A stretch of DNA of 63,869 bases, filler included, from Octopus bimaculoides (Eukaryota), in assembly GCF_001194135.2 (NCBI RefSeq). It is 5 parts of 5 records of this genome, joined end to end, with 100 filler letters (N's around TTAATTAATTAA, not from the genome) between each part and the next. Parts side by side here need not be neighbours in the genome. Positions count along the whole stretch, not along the records: positions 43,870 to 50,906 come from NC_069005.1; positions 51,007 to 60,951 come from NC_068981.1; positions 61,052 to 63,869 come from NC_068986.1; 2 more parts are not named here. One strand, given 5' to 3'. Below, piece after piece: positions 49,050 to 61,480 of the stretch. The position numbers and the translations under genes were made by a program. The notes under the pieces are model-generated. The model had not been told where the DNA came from, did not search any database, and saw only the letters and a list, made by a program, of their open reading frames with translations. Numbering within the stretch: the stretch's first letter is position 1; each line of letters starts with the position of its first letter.

Positions 49050-50636
49050 GCAAAGGCAGGGTATCAGTTCAGAAATAGCAAGGGAAAAATTAACCATTTG
49101 CTCTACATGGATGAGCTGAAGCCTTTTAGTAAGAATGAAAAAGAGGCACATTCCTTGATACAGACTGTAAGACTCTTCAGCAAAGATACAGGGATGGAAT
49201 TTAGCATTGATAAGTGTGCAATATTAGTCATGAGAAGGGGACAGGTAACCAACAGCGAAGGCATCCAATTACCAGATAGCCAGACATTGAAACCGTTGAA
49301 AGGAGGAGAGAGTTATAAGTATATAGGAGTATTATAATCTGATAGAGTACTAACTATAGAAATGAAAACGAAAATTGAGAAGGAGAACATCAGAAAGGTG
49401 CGGAAGCTAATGAAGTCAGAGCTAAATGGCCCGAATCTAGTGAACGTTGTAAATACTTGGGCAGTATGATTACTTAGATACTCGGCAACTTTTGAAGATG
49501 GGACAAAAGCTGAATTAGCAAAGCTAAACAGAAGAACTAGGAAGGAATTCAATATGAATGGAGGGCTCCACCCAAGATCAGGAGTAGCAAGATTATACTT
49601 ACCTAAAAAGGAAGGTGGAACAGAGTTAATATCAGTAGAAGACTACGTGAGGTTAGCTCGAGCATATACCTCCTAAGTAGGTAATAGTGAAGAAAGTTTA
49701 TTAAAAGCTGCCAGAGCAACAGCATGACATAGGGAAACCAAAAACCTAACGAAGTTAAAAACCAGAAAAATGAACAGAAATTATCTGACTGGCCGGAGAA
49801 GGATTTGCATGGTAGATTCTCAAAGATAGTTGCAGCAAATAGTTATAGTGAGACACGGTAATGATAGCAGAAAGGAAGGCTGAAAAGAGAGAGAGTTAGT
49901 TGCAGCACAAGATTAAGCATTAAGGGCTAATTGGATAAAAGCCGAGATTGACAAAAATTAAGTAGATTCCCAATGCAGGTTATGCAAATCAAAAGAGGAA
50001 AGCATTACTCATGTAGTAAGTGAATGTAGCATACTGGCACAGAAGGAATATAAGAAAAGACATGACAATCTAGGGAGAGTAACCACTGAGAATTATGTAG
50101 AGAACTAGGATTTGAACATACTGATAAATGGTATGAATATGAACCTAGTAAAGTACTAGAAAGTAAGAAATATAAAATGTTGCAGGAATTTAACATTCAA
50201 ATTGATAGAGTAACAGAAGTTAGAAGGCCTGATTTAGTATTTGTAGATAAAGTACTTGTAGATAATAGAAAGTGCCAGATAATTGACTTTACAGTCTCAA
50301 ATGATGAAAAAGTTAATGAGAAGTATAGAAAAAATAGCAAATTACCAGGACCTAGCCATTGAATTATAGAGACTATGGAAAGTTCGGGTAAAAAGTATCC
50401 CAGTAGTTATAGATGCATTGGGAACTATCCCTAAATATTTGAACAGATGAATAGAGGAATTAGTCACAAAACCTAGTTTAATACAGCTCCAGAAAACAGT
50501 GTTATTAGGGACAGCTAGGATACTTAAGAGGGTTCTTGGCATCTAAGGTTACTTGTTATAATCCGATGTTAGAATATTTTTCCTTTTCCAACAATTTAAT
50601 CTGTTGTGTGTGTATGAAAATAATAATAATAATAAT
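49050..50636 (+). mobile_element. R4/Dong-like LINE fragment 4 (RT motif C to RLE, 3' UTR and AAT tail)
   Basis: KINHLLYMDE...GMEFSIDKCA...YKYIG...HPRSGVARLYLPKKEGG...CRLCKSKEESITHVVSEC...EYKKRHD...RRPDLVFVD...IIDF...KYQDLAIEL...LQKTVLLGTARILKRVL*. Confidence 0.95.
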
Positions 50637-50831
50637 CCTTTGTACTAAAGGCACAAGGCCTGAAATTTTGGGGGAGAGGACCAGTTGATTACATTGACCC
50701 CAGTGTTTCACTGGTGCATAATTTATCAACCCCGAAAGGATGAAAGGCAAAGTCGACCTCAGGACGTAAATATAGACGAAATACAGCTAAGCATTTTACC
50801 CGGCGTGCTAACGATTCTACCAGCTCACAGC
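50636..50831 (-). mobile_element. SINE family B, tail-to-tail with LINE fragment 4
   Basis: Tail GCCTTGTGCCTTTAGTACAAAGGATTATT shares the LINE's (AAT)n tract; the head abuts a second (AAT)n at 50835-50906. Confidence 0.9.
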
Positions 50832-50833
50832 CC

Positions 50834-50906
<73 letters not shown>

Positions 50907-51249
50907 NNNNNNNNNNNNNNNNNNNNNNNNNNNNNNNNNNNNNNNNNNNNTTAATTAATTAANNNNNNNNNNNNNNNNNNNNNNNNNNNNNNNNNNNNNN
51001 NNNNNNTATATATAGATGCATATCTGGGTACATGACGTTGCAAAAAAAACATGAACAAAATGATAAACAAGGTACAGAAAACACACAGGCCACATAGAGA
51101 ACATTTCCTTCATCAGCTGCCACCATTATAACACTAACGTTTCGAAGAGTTAGGGTAGATATATATATGTATGTATGTATGTGTGGGGGTGGGGGTGTCT
51201 GTGTGTGGGTGTGTGTGAATGTGTGTGGGTGTCTGTGTGTGTGTTTGTA

Positions 51250-51288
<39 letters not shown>

Positions 51289-52024
51289 GGGGGGGAATAC
51301 ACACAAACACGCAGATAGTTGAGAAAATTGACTGTTTTAAGATGAATTTCGACGTATGTCAATTTGTATTTAATATGCCGTAGGCACTAAGGTATTTGAA
51401 TCTCAGTGCTACTTGGTAATTGAATATAAAAAAACACAGTAACCTCAAATCACACGTACCTTCCTACAATAATTATGTCCTGTCGAATCATATAACGAAA
51501 AAAATCATGAACAAAAGATTTCAATTATGTATATATGTTATTGTTATCAACAATGTGGACCTGGGAGACAAATATCTTACGGGCACCTTCTGCATACTAA
51601 ATAGAAATACAGTAGAGACTCACATATATAATATAGTTATTTGAAAAACGTTAGTTAACCAAGATCATTCGTGCAATAAGTAAGCAAAATCTGACCCCTA
51701 GGAGTGATTAAATTCTATAAAAGAAACAACTAAAGAAGATAATTCCAGTAAGTCAAATGTAAACAAACAATGAGATCGAAGACAAAAATGGGTAATGAGT
51801 GTATATGCCATTTTTTTTTGGGGGGGGGGGTTGCCCTTCCATCAGCACCCATCTAACCCACTCTTGCCTCTGAACACATTGCTTATATAGCCACAACATA
51901 CAGCAGTGTTAAGTTATTAGTTATACCAATTTACATATTAAACGCATTCCTGAAGCTGGTATGTAAACATTAATGACTTGTAGGCACGTGGTATTTGGTT
52001 ATGCGACCATGATATATTATAAAG

Positions 52025-52165
52025 AATATTAAATGATTTTATAAGAGATCGATAGAATAAGTACCAAGCTTAAAAAATGTACTGTGGTCGATTCGTTCAG
52101 CTAAAATTTCTTCAATGCGGTGCCCCGGCATGGCCGCAGTCTAATGACTGAGACAAATATAAAGA
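52025..52165 (+). mobile_element. SINE family A 3' half
   Basis: GAGATCGATAGAATAAGTACC...GGTCGATTCGTTCAGCTAAA...GCCCCGGCATGGCCGCAGTCTAATGACTGA. Confidence 0.88.
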
Positions 52166-52949
52166 TATATTGTATAAAAATATATAAGTAAAAGATATAT
52201 TGCAGAAAGACGTGACTTTATTTTTTAAAGGTAAGATTCACTCTCATCTTCATAAACAAGGGAGATCTTCTGCATGGCCGCTGTACCTGCAAAAAACAGC
52301 AGCCGAATATTCTTCTAATAACACGCCCACAGTCTTAAAGATAATGAATATAAAAACGTGATAGTTACAGTTTGAGCTAAATCTGGAGCTAAGCAACAAC
52401 AGACACGTCAAATGATATAATCTTGAATACAGTAAAATGTATGGGGAAATGAATGATGTTCACATCTGGAACGTCTTCTATTGTAAGTCTGCTCGATCAA
52501 AGCAAACGTGCTACGACTAAAAACAAAAGGAAAAGTTAGAACAACATTGACTAATACAAAAATGATTACAACGATTTTGACATAAATTATCATGACATTA
52601 TTTACCTTTTTGAACCTCGGAGCTCCAGAGGTCTGACAATTAACTCTGGGTGTGCTAGTAACAATTATCTGTGTTTGTATAAAGAGGTGTAAGCTAATAC
52701 TATAATTTCGTCCAGCTATATAACGTTTATATTATGAACTCTCCTTTACTGATGCTAAAATGTGAATCACTAAAAAGATTTGGCAGCAAAATAAAAATAG
52801 AAACATAATGTGGGAAGCTGAAAATTTCTTGGCTTAAAGTAAAAAAAAAATACAGAACGATTAGTTAATTATGATTATATTCATCATATTCCCCTCTCAA
52901 ATTCACACACTTATTAAATATTCATCTTAATAAAATTGTTTCTGTTTTA

Positions 52950-53155
52950 GGAGCAAGTTCAGCAATTTTGAAGAGATGGGATAAGTCAATAATATGGACT
53001 TCAGTACTTGACTGGCCCCTTATTTTATCGATCCCAAAAGAATGAAAGGGAGAATTGATTTCGGCAAGATATGAAATCAGAAAGTAATGAGTTGGGACAA
53101 ATACGGCAAGCAGTTTTCCGATTCTATAGCAATTCAGTCGGCTCGCCACCTTATA
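52950..53155 (-). mobile_element. Diverged SINE family B
   Basis: TTTATCGATCCCAAAAGAATGAAAGG...TCGGCTCGCCACCTT on the plus strand. Confidence 0.7.
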
Positions 53156-53536
53156 AACNNNNNNNNNNNNNNNNNNNNNNNNNNNNNNNNNNNNNNNNNN
53201 NNNNNNNNNNNNNNNNNNNNNNNNNNNNNNNNNNNNNNNNNNNNNNNNNNNNNNNNNNNNNNNNNNNNNNNNNNNNNNNNNNNNNNNNNNNNNNNNNNNN
53301 NNNNNNNNNNNNNNNNNNNNNNNNNNNNNNNNNNNNNNNNNNNNNNNNNNNNNNNNNNNNNNNNNNNNNNNNNNNNNNNNNNNNNNNNNNNNNNNNNNNN
53401 NNNNNNNNNNNNNNNNNNNNNNNNNNNNNNNNNNNNNNNNNNNNNNNNNNNNNNNNNNNNNNNNNNNNNNNNNNNNNNNNNNNNNNNNNNNNNNNNNNNN
53501 NNNNNNNNNNNNNNNNNNNNNNNNNNNNNNNNNNNN

Positions 53537-53835
53537 ACATACACACATACACACACACACACGAATTCACAAACACAAACACACTCACACAAACACACAT
53601 ACAGACACACACACACTAACACACACAAACACACACACACACAAACACATACACACACAAACACACACACAAACACACACACACACACGAACACACAAAC
53701 ACACATACATACACACAAACACACACGCATATACACACATACACACGCACAAACACACACACATACACACATAAACACACACACAAACTCACAAGCACAC
53801 ACATACACACACACACACACACACATGCACGCACG
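53537..53835. repeat. Imperfect (CA)n tract
   Basis: Directly visible; explains several HT/CV ORFs. Confidence 0.95.
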
Positions 53836-54804
53836 TGGGTAAAGCCTTTGAGAGATATTACCGGGCTAGCTGTCGATAGCTGGACCACGAAGGAAGCAGT
53901 ATGGGTTAACATGATTGTGAAATAGCAAATTATTTTTGATCTGAACTGACACCACTTATATCATTATGTAAGGTAAAATCCGGAATCGAAGAAATATGAG
54001 AACCTATCTCAGCACAAATAAATCAAACTGAAAGTTCGCTGAATGTAGGATATACTCAATCGCCGCATGGGGCTGGAACTCTAACGTATCGGGCTCTGTT
54101 CTTTCAACAGATAGAAAAGGCGGAGTTATGCACTTCACTGACGGATACAGAAAAGGTGGTTTGTTGTACATAACTGGTGTTCAGTCATGTAGCTCNNNNN
54201 NNNNNNNNNNNNNNNNNNNNNNNNNNNNNNNNNNNNNNNNNNNNNNNNNNNNNNNNNNNNNNNNNNNNNNNNNNNNNNNNNNNNNNNNNNNNNNNNNNNN
54301 NNNNNNNNNNNNNNNNNNNNNNNNNNNNNNNNNNNNNNNNNNNNNNNNNNNNNNNNNNNNNNNNNNNNNNNNNNNNNNNNNNNNNNNNNNNNNNNNNNNN
54401 NNNNNNNNNNNNNNNNNNNNNNNNNNNNNNNNNNNNNNNNNNNNNNNNNNNNNNNNNNNNNNNNNNNNNNNNNNNNNNNNNNNNNNNNNNNNNNNNNNNN
54501 NNNNNNNNNNNNNNNNNNNNNNNNNNNNNNNNNNNNNNNNNNNNNNNNNNNNNNNNNNNNNNNNNNNNNNNNNNNNNNNNNNNNNNNNNNNNNNNNNNNN
54601 NNNNNNNNNNNNNNNNNNNNNNNNNNNNNNNNNNNNNNNNNNNNNNNNNNNNNNNNNNNNNNNNNNNNNNNNNNNNNNNNNNNNNNNNNNNNNNNNNNNN
54701 NNNNNNNNNCAAGTACTTTGTTTTATTGTCCCGGAAGGATGAAAGGAAAAGTTTACTTCGGTAGTATTTGAACATAATCTAAAATGTAACTAAATACCAC
54801 GGAA

Positions 54805-55033
54805 CATTTTTCAATGCTTTCTTATTTCTTTATTGCCCACAAGGGGCTAAACATAGAGGGGACAAACAAGGACAGACAAACGGATTAAGTCGATTATATC
54901 GACCCCAGTGCGTAACTGGTACTTAATTTATCGACCCCGAAAGGATGAAAGGCAAAGTCGACCTCGGCGGAATTTGAACTCAGAACGTAACGACAGACGA
55001 AATACCGCTAAGCATTTCGCCCGGCGTGATAAC
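54805..55033 (-). mobile_element. SINE family B, full-length, long-tail variant, apparently young
   Basis: Clean GGCGGCGAGCTGGCAGAAACGTTATCACGCCGGGCGAAATGCTTAGCGG...GCCCCTTGTGGGCAATAAAGAAATAAGAA. Confidence 0.93.
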
Positions 55034-56344
55034 GTTTCTGCCAGCTCGCCGCCTTTTTTTCAATGTTTTCTGCCAATCCTCTGCTTTCACAGATTTGATT
55101 AATAGCAATCAACAGGATATATATAGTGAATATCAATCGATACATTTAATACTACCTTTAATACTTATTACCAAAATTAACATCAGTCGAACATATTATT
55201 AAGCAACTTGACGATGTCAACTTCAGCAACAATTTCAATTTATTACAATGTTTAAGTGTTAATTTTCGTTTATATCCTGTTTCTTTTGATCTTCCCAAGA
55301 AAATTTATATATAAATTGTCTTACTTTCCTGTTAGACTTTGTCCGCCTCTTTAAGTATCTTCAAATTGGTTCTATCACGGAATATTCGAAAAGTTTGACA
55401 TAACTTTTCTCTTCTCATCTCCTTACTTTTTCTTCTTTCTCTTCTCTCAGCTTTCAAAACTCTAAAAACATTGGAAGAAAAAAAAAGAATTTTATCCTCA
55501 AAGATGTCTACTCAAAGTGCCATATTATCGTGACTATATACAATATTTCAATGGTTTACTGTTAAACTCCCTGTTGTTTAATCTAAACTTTCTATAATAC
55601 CTAACATCTAATATTGTCATTTTTTTATACGACCAGAATGAACTAGTGTATTAAACTATTTTTCTTGTAAACACATGTCTTCTTTTTTTTTTCAAAGCTC
55701 TCATTGAACAAAGTCACAGTGAGCCCATTTGTAGTTATTGGCCATCTTTTTGCTTATAATTTGAGAAAATCATAGCAATAGTTCGTTCTGTATGAGGAAG
55801 GAATTTAGAATTCTCAACAACCTCAGAGAACATATTGTAAATATGGTTAAAAACAAATACTAATTATGGCGATGTGGAAGCATTCCGCATGAAATACGAA
55901 AATAGGACTTATTCGGTTTTTTTTCTTCCTTTTTTTAAATGTTTAATGTTTTACTTTTTTCTTTTGGTTATATACTAGTGTTTGTGACTGTGTAACACAT
56001 TTTTATCTATTGGTCTGAGAAGGAATGGAATTAGGTTAATATAACTAATGTTTAATTTGAATTGTAGATTAATAAATAGCGGACGCATAAGTGGTAAAGG
56101 TACACTGCAGGAATGCAGTTCAAACATTGAAGGATTGGTCAGTACATTTCCTAAACAATCTAAGTCGTGAAACACAATAATACTGTTCTTAGATGAATGC
56201 AATGCTAAACTTTCGATTTGGATCGTAGTAAATAGGGCATGTTAAGAAAGGCTTCATTAATGAAAAGAATTCCTCACACCCACTTTCCTTTTTCTTCCTC
56301 AAACTTTGTGAGTATATTTGTTTTATTGAGCAATAACCTGTAGC

Positions 56345-56945
56345 AACAATATTTAGCAATCGAGCCCGGATCACTATACCCGATGCAATAAAAAAACTAC
56401 TCAAAAATACAATCACTATTCACAACTGCAACTGGTTGCAATACCTACCCCCTCATTCTTCTCAGAATTCATTCTACTTTTAAAGAAGAAATTGGGACTA
56501 CTGCCGAACTGGCATATGGCACAGCACTTACATTACGTGAACAAATGATTATTTCTGTTGCCTCTAAGAACTTCCCAGACTCAGCAAACTATATTTATCG
56601 CCTGCGAAACTACATGTCAAGTTTGCCATGTATTGCCCCGCGTTCTCAGAATGTCACTACCAATTATCGATTTGATTTTCAAGAATGAACTCATGTTTTT
56701 GTGCAGAACGATGCTATTTAACCACCTCTTCGGCTACCATATTCGGGATCCTACTAATTTCTCAAGAGGACGCCGGGGTAGTTCGTCCTAGATATCAGTG
56801 GCAGAAAAAAGTCAGCATCGATTGCCTAAAGAAGGCTCTCCTCGAGTCTAAAACATCAACCCCACCACCTGATGCGTTAACATCAGAACATTCTTCAACT
56901 GATACATCCACATCTGCTCCACTGATAAGAACGAGATCGAGTCAG
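56345..56945 (+). mobile_element. Ty3/Gypsy LTR-retrotransposon integrase C-terminal fragment
   Basis: WLQYLPLILLRIHSTFKEEIGTTAELAYGTALTL...YIYRLRNYMSSL...THVFVQNDAI*PPLRLPYSGSY...FVLDISGRKK/VSIDCLKKA, matching the AELVYG, THVFV, PY.GPY (GPY/F) and VSIDRLK motifs. Confidence 0.9.
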
Positions 56946-57889
56946 TGAGTGTACTAGCCTTCTCGCCTTCTCGCCTTCTCGCCTTCTGCATAGCATAAAA
57001 AAGAAAAAATATTTTCTGTCAATGCTACACTGCCTTAACATTTTTTATTTTTCTTCTCTCTTCACACATAAATCTACATCATATGCACACATCTGAGTGC
57101 ATATACATTGCATACACTTCGAGATGCACACATTCACATTTAACATGCACACAAGCATCCAGCATGTGCACAACATGCTCATAGACACTTAGCAAACACA
57201 TTCATTGCTAATTGTACATAAAATTGTAACAGATAGATGCCAGCCTACTTCGGTTGCTTATGTTCTTAAGCTCAGAAATAGCTGAAGTGGTTCACAATAC
57301 CGACTTATTAGTATTCAATTTAACTGCACATGGTCAAATGCACAAATACACAATGAATATGCAATTACCGACCCACTGGTAGAAACTACACCGACTTACG
57401 GGTGTACATGCACATGACTATGTACGAGTCACTCACTCAGTCACACAGGTTGCCACACTCATCTGGGTCACGTACATATATATGTTCTCATCTGATCTTC
57501 TTTCCTGGTATCTTTACAATTATACTCCGGTCAAACATTTGACCCCAATAGTGAATCCTTTCGCATATTGCTCGGGATTCTTTGTTCGTTTTTTTTGTTT
57601 GTTGTTGTTTTTTGGCTTTTTTGCATAATCCTAGTTTTGCAGACTTTTGAACCTCATGATTGTACAGTACTTTATGTATAATACAGCACTGCATTGTGCA
57701 CGAAATCGTCTCCTAATGGTGCTCCAGCTCTTTTCAGCTAGATTAACTTTACACCATCTGCAATTTTCTTTGTTTTACATTCACCTTTTTCTAATGCATC
57801 TTCCTTTATACACTTCACATCTACAATTTGTGAACTATTCTTATCACATCGTTCAATTCACCGTGGACGGAAATTTCCACTGGCAGGAT

Positions 57890-57975
57890 GTAATAGGAAT
57901 ATTTAGCAATCGAACCCGGATCACTATATCTGATGCAAAAAAAAAAACAACTCAAGAATACGATCATCATTCAGT
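57890..57975 (+). repeat. Diverged second copy of the start of the Gypsy fragment (56350-56425)
   Basis: AATATTTAGCAATCGA.CCCGGATCACTATA.C.GATGCAA...CTCAA.AATAC.ATCA is shared. Confidence 0.8.
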
Positions 57976-59298
57976 AGAATGTTACCAACGTCATCAAAAA
58001 ATCTGACCAAGCAAGACTTCGTGTGGAACCGGATCTAACAATTTTATTTTTAGCGCGCTTTTTCTGAACATCACTATATATTCAGACCAGCCACAGAAGA
58101 CTGCAGTCAGCGGTAGAACCATTAGTTAGCCAGGGCTCTATCAGAACACTAAAATAATGGACGGACGGCGACAGCAAATCACAAGGATCAACTAACATCA
58201 CGACAGCGATTACTATCATACTTTGTCCAAGAGTAATAACCTTCGAACTAACTCGGTGTTTGTCGTTCGAAGTAACGGTAACATTTTGTTGTTTACGATA
58301 AAAATAAATATATTTTATCAAAAATCTTTTATCACACGTTATGCATTTTCAGACCAAAAATTGCCTTTCACATTTTTATCAATATCATGAATATACGCTA
58401 TGGGTTTGCGTATCTGTGTTACAGTCCGGTGAGATTAAATCGACAGGAAGTGTCCCATAAAGCTAAAGCGTAAATATTGTGTATATATTTCAATAAAAGT
58501 ACATACTTCACAGATTTTACGTCTGATTAGTGAAGACTGTGAATGCTTGCATTCTCATAGTACCATTTTCTTCAATAGAAGAATGTTTCGAATTTAAGAT
58601 TTATTCCTATATTGATCAATGAATTATGTAACCAACACATAACTTTCAAATGTTCCTTTTTATAAATTGTATGTTGACGAATAATTGACTGCTTTAAGGA
58701 AAGAAAATGTATGTGATTACTGGGTCTTCATTGTTTTACGGTATGTCACACTAATATTAAGTTGAGAAAACGAAAAACCAAACTAGCGTATCTCTTCCTG
58801 AATTCCAAATATACAGGGGTTAATTATTTTTTGTACTTTCGCCAAACCAAGCTGTTAAAACAATTGCTTTTTTATAAATAACCACGCATAAATATCAAAG
58901 TCATTTTACTAAATGATTACATAACATTGAAAATATTTCTTCACATCGATAAAAGTTATTTGTTTTACTATCACTGTTGTGCAACAAAATAATTATTAGT
59001 TCATGTCAGAACATTCTTTAACTTCAAACAGATCTCGTATGCTAAAAAAAACAAATATATATATNNNNNNNNNNTACGGAGATATAAAGATATTGCCATT
59101 GAAAGCAATTACATTTTTAATCAACCAGAAAGATAAAAAAGGTATATTACAAAGTTAAAAGTACTCGGTTTCTCTTTTTCTTTCTAATTATATTATTGTA
59201 AACTGCTTCATAATAGCGTATTTCTTGGAGCAGTCTATTTTGATGTAAATTTCCCACAAGACTGTGCATGCTGCTATGTTTATATATACAACTGAGTA

Positions 59299-60020
59299 AT
59301 GAAAAACAATATTTCTTTTGATCAAAGAGAAGAAATTATTACTTTTACAATAACTATAGTTCCAAGAAATGCAGGCTTTTGTGTGGAACTGATGTGTATT
59401 TTCATTTGATGTCTAATGAGCAAAATGAAGCTTTGTGCTACAATTATTTCTGATATCACATTTTTCATTCTCCTTCACCTTTTGTTTGTTTGTTTTTTTA
59501 TTGTCAATTCGAATATTGTGGAGAATAATATCGTGATTCCATGTAAAAAAAATAATGTCAATAATAAAATGATTATTGTACTACAGCTTTTCTATTCATT
59601 GGTCCTTTCTGTTTGGATATTGGGTAAAGTAAAAATCCCACAAGACTTTTGTATTGTAATTTCCTACTCATTATTTTCAGCGCAAATGCTAATGGAGACT
59701 GTAATATTCTTTGCTATTGTTCTGTTTGTGCTCTTTCTCAGCCATCATGACCAAGTGAAGCACATTCTGTTACTTCCTTTCACAAAACTAATATCGGCTT
59801 GAGCCTCATACGCATTACATATGCTTTGTATTACAGGCTTTGTTTGAAGCTTGGTCTTGGACACCCGCCATAGTATATCTTGCTTCTCTTTATCTATGAA
59901 CTGGAATATTTTCTACTGCCTTTAATTGTTTCTTTTCTCTGATATTGCTTTAACCTATATTTTTAAGTTATTCCTATTTTAAGGCAGCCGTTTCTTGTTT
60001 CTTATTTAATGCCAAATATA
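59299..60020 (+). pseudogene. Possible decayed intronless multi-pass membrane protein, rhodopsin-class GPCR-like
   Basis: ATG at 59299 is in frame with the ORF 59416-59802 through one TGA. There are three hydrophobic blocks, FC...AIVLF in TM3/DRY-like spacing, and SWTP...FK.A in a second frame. Hallmark residues are degenerate. Confidence 0.3.
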
Positions 60021-60616
60021 GATTTTCATCCTTAAACAGAAGAATTGATGTGACATAATACAGTAATATATTTTCATTATCAATAAGACATAACTGCAGA
60101 ATTCTTTTCGCAACAGAATTCTATTCGCAACATTTTACTCAATATGTTCCGGTATAATTAATAAAACAATAGACCTAATCAATAAAGTAATAAATAGGTC
60201 TTGTGTTGAGGTATAACTCTCTGCTTTACGGAACAAGACTGAGTATGATTAATAGGTTCTCATTGTTTTGCTGTACCTCGTACTGATATGAGTTGTGAAA
60301 CTATAGCAGAAAGCCAGTCTAGTGAATCTCTTCTAGAATTCCAAATACGCGAAAATGAATTCTCTATTGTTGCCGATCAAATCAAGGACCTACTAAAAGA
60401 AAATTACTTTTCAATAAATAATTGTACAAATGTCATAGGTATAACCAATCTACTAAATATAACAGTAAATATATCTATATGAGTAAATGTCTGTGTACAT
60501 ATATGCATACACCCACATATATATGCATACATATGCATATATTTATATATACATATACATTTAATGAGTAAATATATATGTATATATGCATTTGTATATA
60601 TGTGTGTGCGTATTTG

Positions 60617-60647
<31 letters not shown>

Positions 60648-60649
60648 GC

Positions 60650-60885
60650 GAGTAAAAATAAATACAAAAAAAGGTGGATTTTTTTGTATGATTGTGTATA
60701 GAGGAATATATTATTTTGCTTAAAAGAGTTCCAACACTGTCTGTTTTTTATGTTTTATTTATATTCCTGCAGAACTAATGTGGGGTATAGAATATGGAAT
60801 ATACAATATATAATATAATATACAATATATAATATAAAATAAAATAAAAATGGATGGCACCATGAAATAAAGTATTGAATGTAGA
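60650..60885 (+). repeat. Unclassified interspersed repeat, copy of 38145-38335
   Basis: See the 38145 entry. Confidence 0.75.
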
Positions 60886-61051
60886 TGAAATATTGAGTGT
60901 TCAATATAAAGGATCAAATATATAAATATATAAATATAAATATATATATATNNNNNNNNNNNNNNNNNNNNNNNNNNNNNNNNNNNNNNNNNNNNTTAAT
61001 TAATTAANNNNNNNNNNNNNNNNNNNNNNNNNNNNNNNNNNNNNNNNNNNN

Positions 61052-61405
61052 TTTATTGTTACTGGTGTTTTCCCTATCTTCCTGTAGAAATTTTTGGGGT
61101 TATTTTTTAACATGTTATTATCTCGGAAGAATCTAACACGCTTTTCATACCTTGCTATGCGGGCAGCTTTAGCACATACTTTTTGCTTGATGGTTTCTAT
61201 GGTGGCATCAATGTCAACTATGGTTTTCATATTATATTTTTTGTTTAGTTTTTGGGTCTTTGTAGGTTTGATACTCTTGTCAAATTTAAGGTTTTTCAAA
61301 CATTCTATGTCAGATCTAAGCAGCTTAATTTGGTGTTGAATGCGTTCTTGCCAAGAAGGCTTTTTGTGCGAGTGTTGTCTTTTTCTAATCTTATCTCTAA
61401 TCCTA
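61052..61405 (-). mobile_element. R4/Dong-like LINE fragment (region upstream of RT)
   Basis: KPSWQERIQHQIKLLRSDI...IETIKQKVCAKAARIARYEKRVRFFRDNNMLKNNPKNFYRKI, the pre-RT KQ...A...RI.RY.KR...N..F.....K.FY block of this clade. Confidence 0.82.
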
Positions 61406-61413
61406 ATCTAATC

Positions 61414-61416
<3 letters not shown>

Positions 61417-61480
<64 letters not shown>

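Noticed and set aside
51095-51155. CGAAACGTT...CTGATGAAG on the minus strand, hammerhead-like words
   Set aside because: The order and pairing do not close a hammerhead (no stem I, weak stem II). At most it is a remnant of a PLE-type repeat.
60288-60482. 64-aa ORF MSCETIAESQSSESLLEF...
   Set aside because: Short, with no recognisable motif and weak splice signals. It is not distinguishable from chance without homology data.
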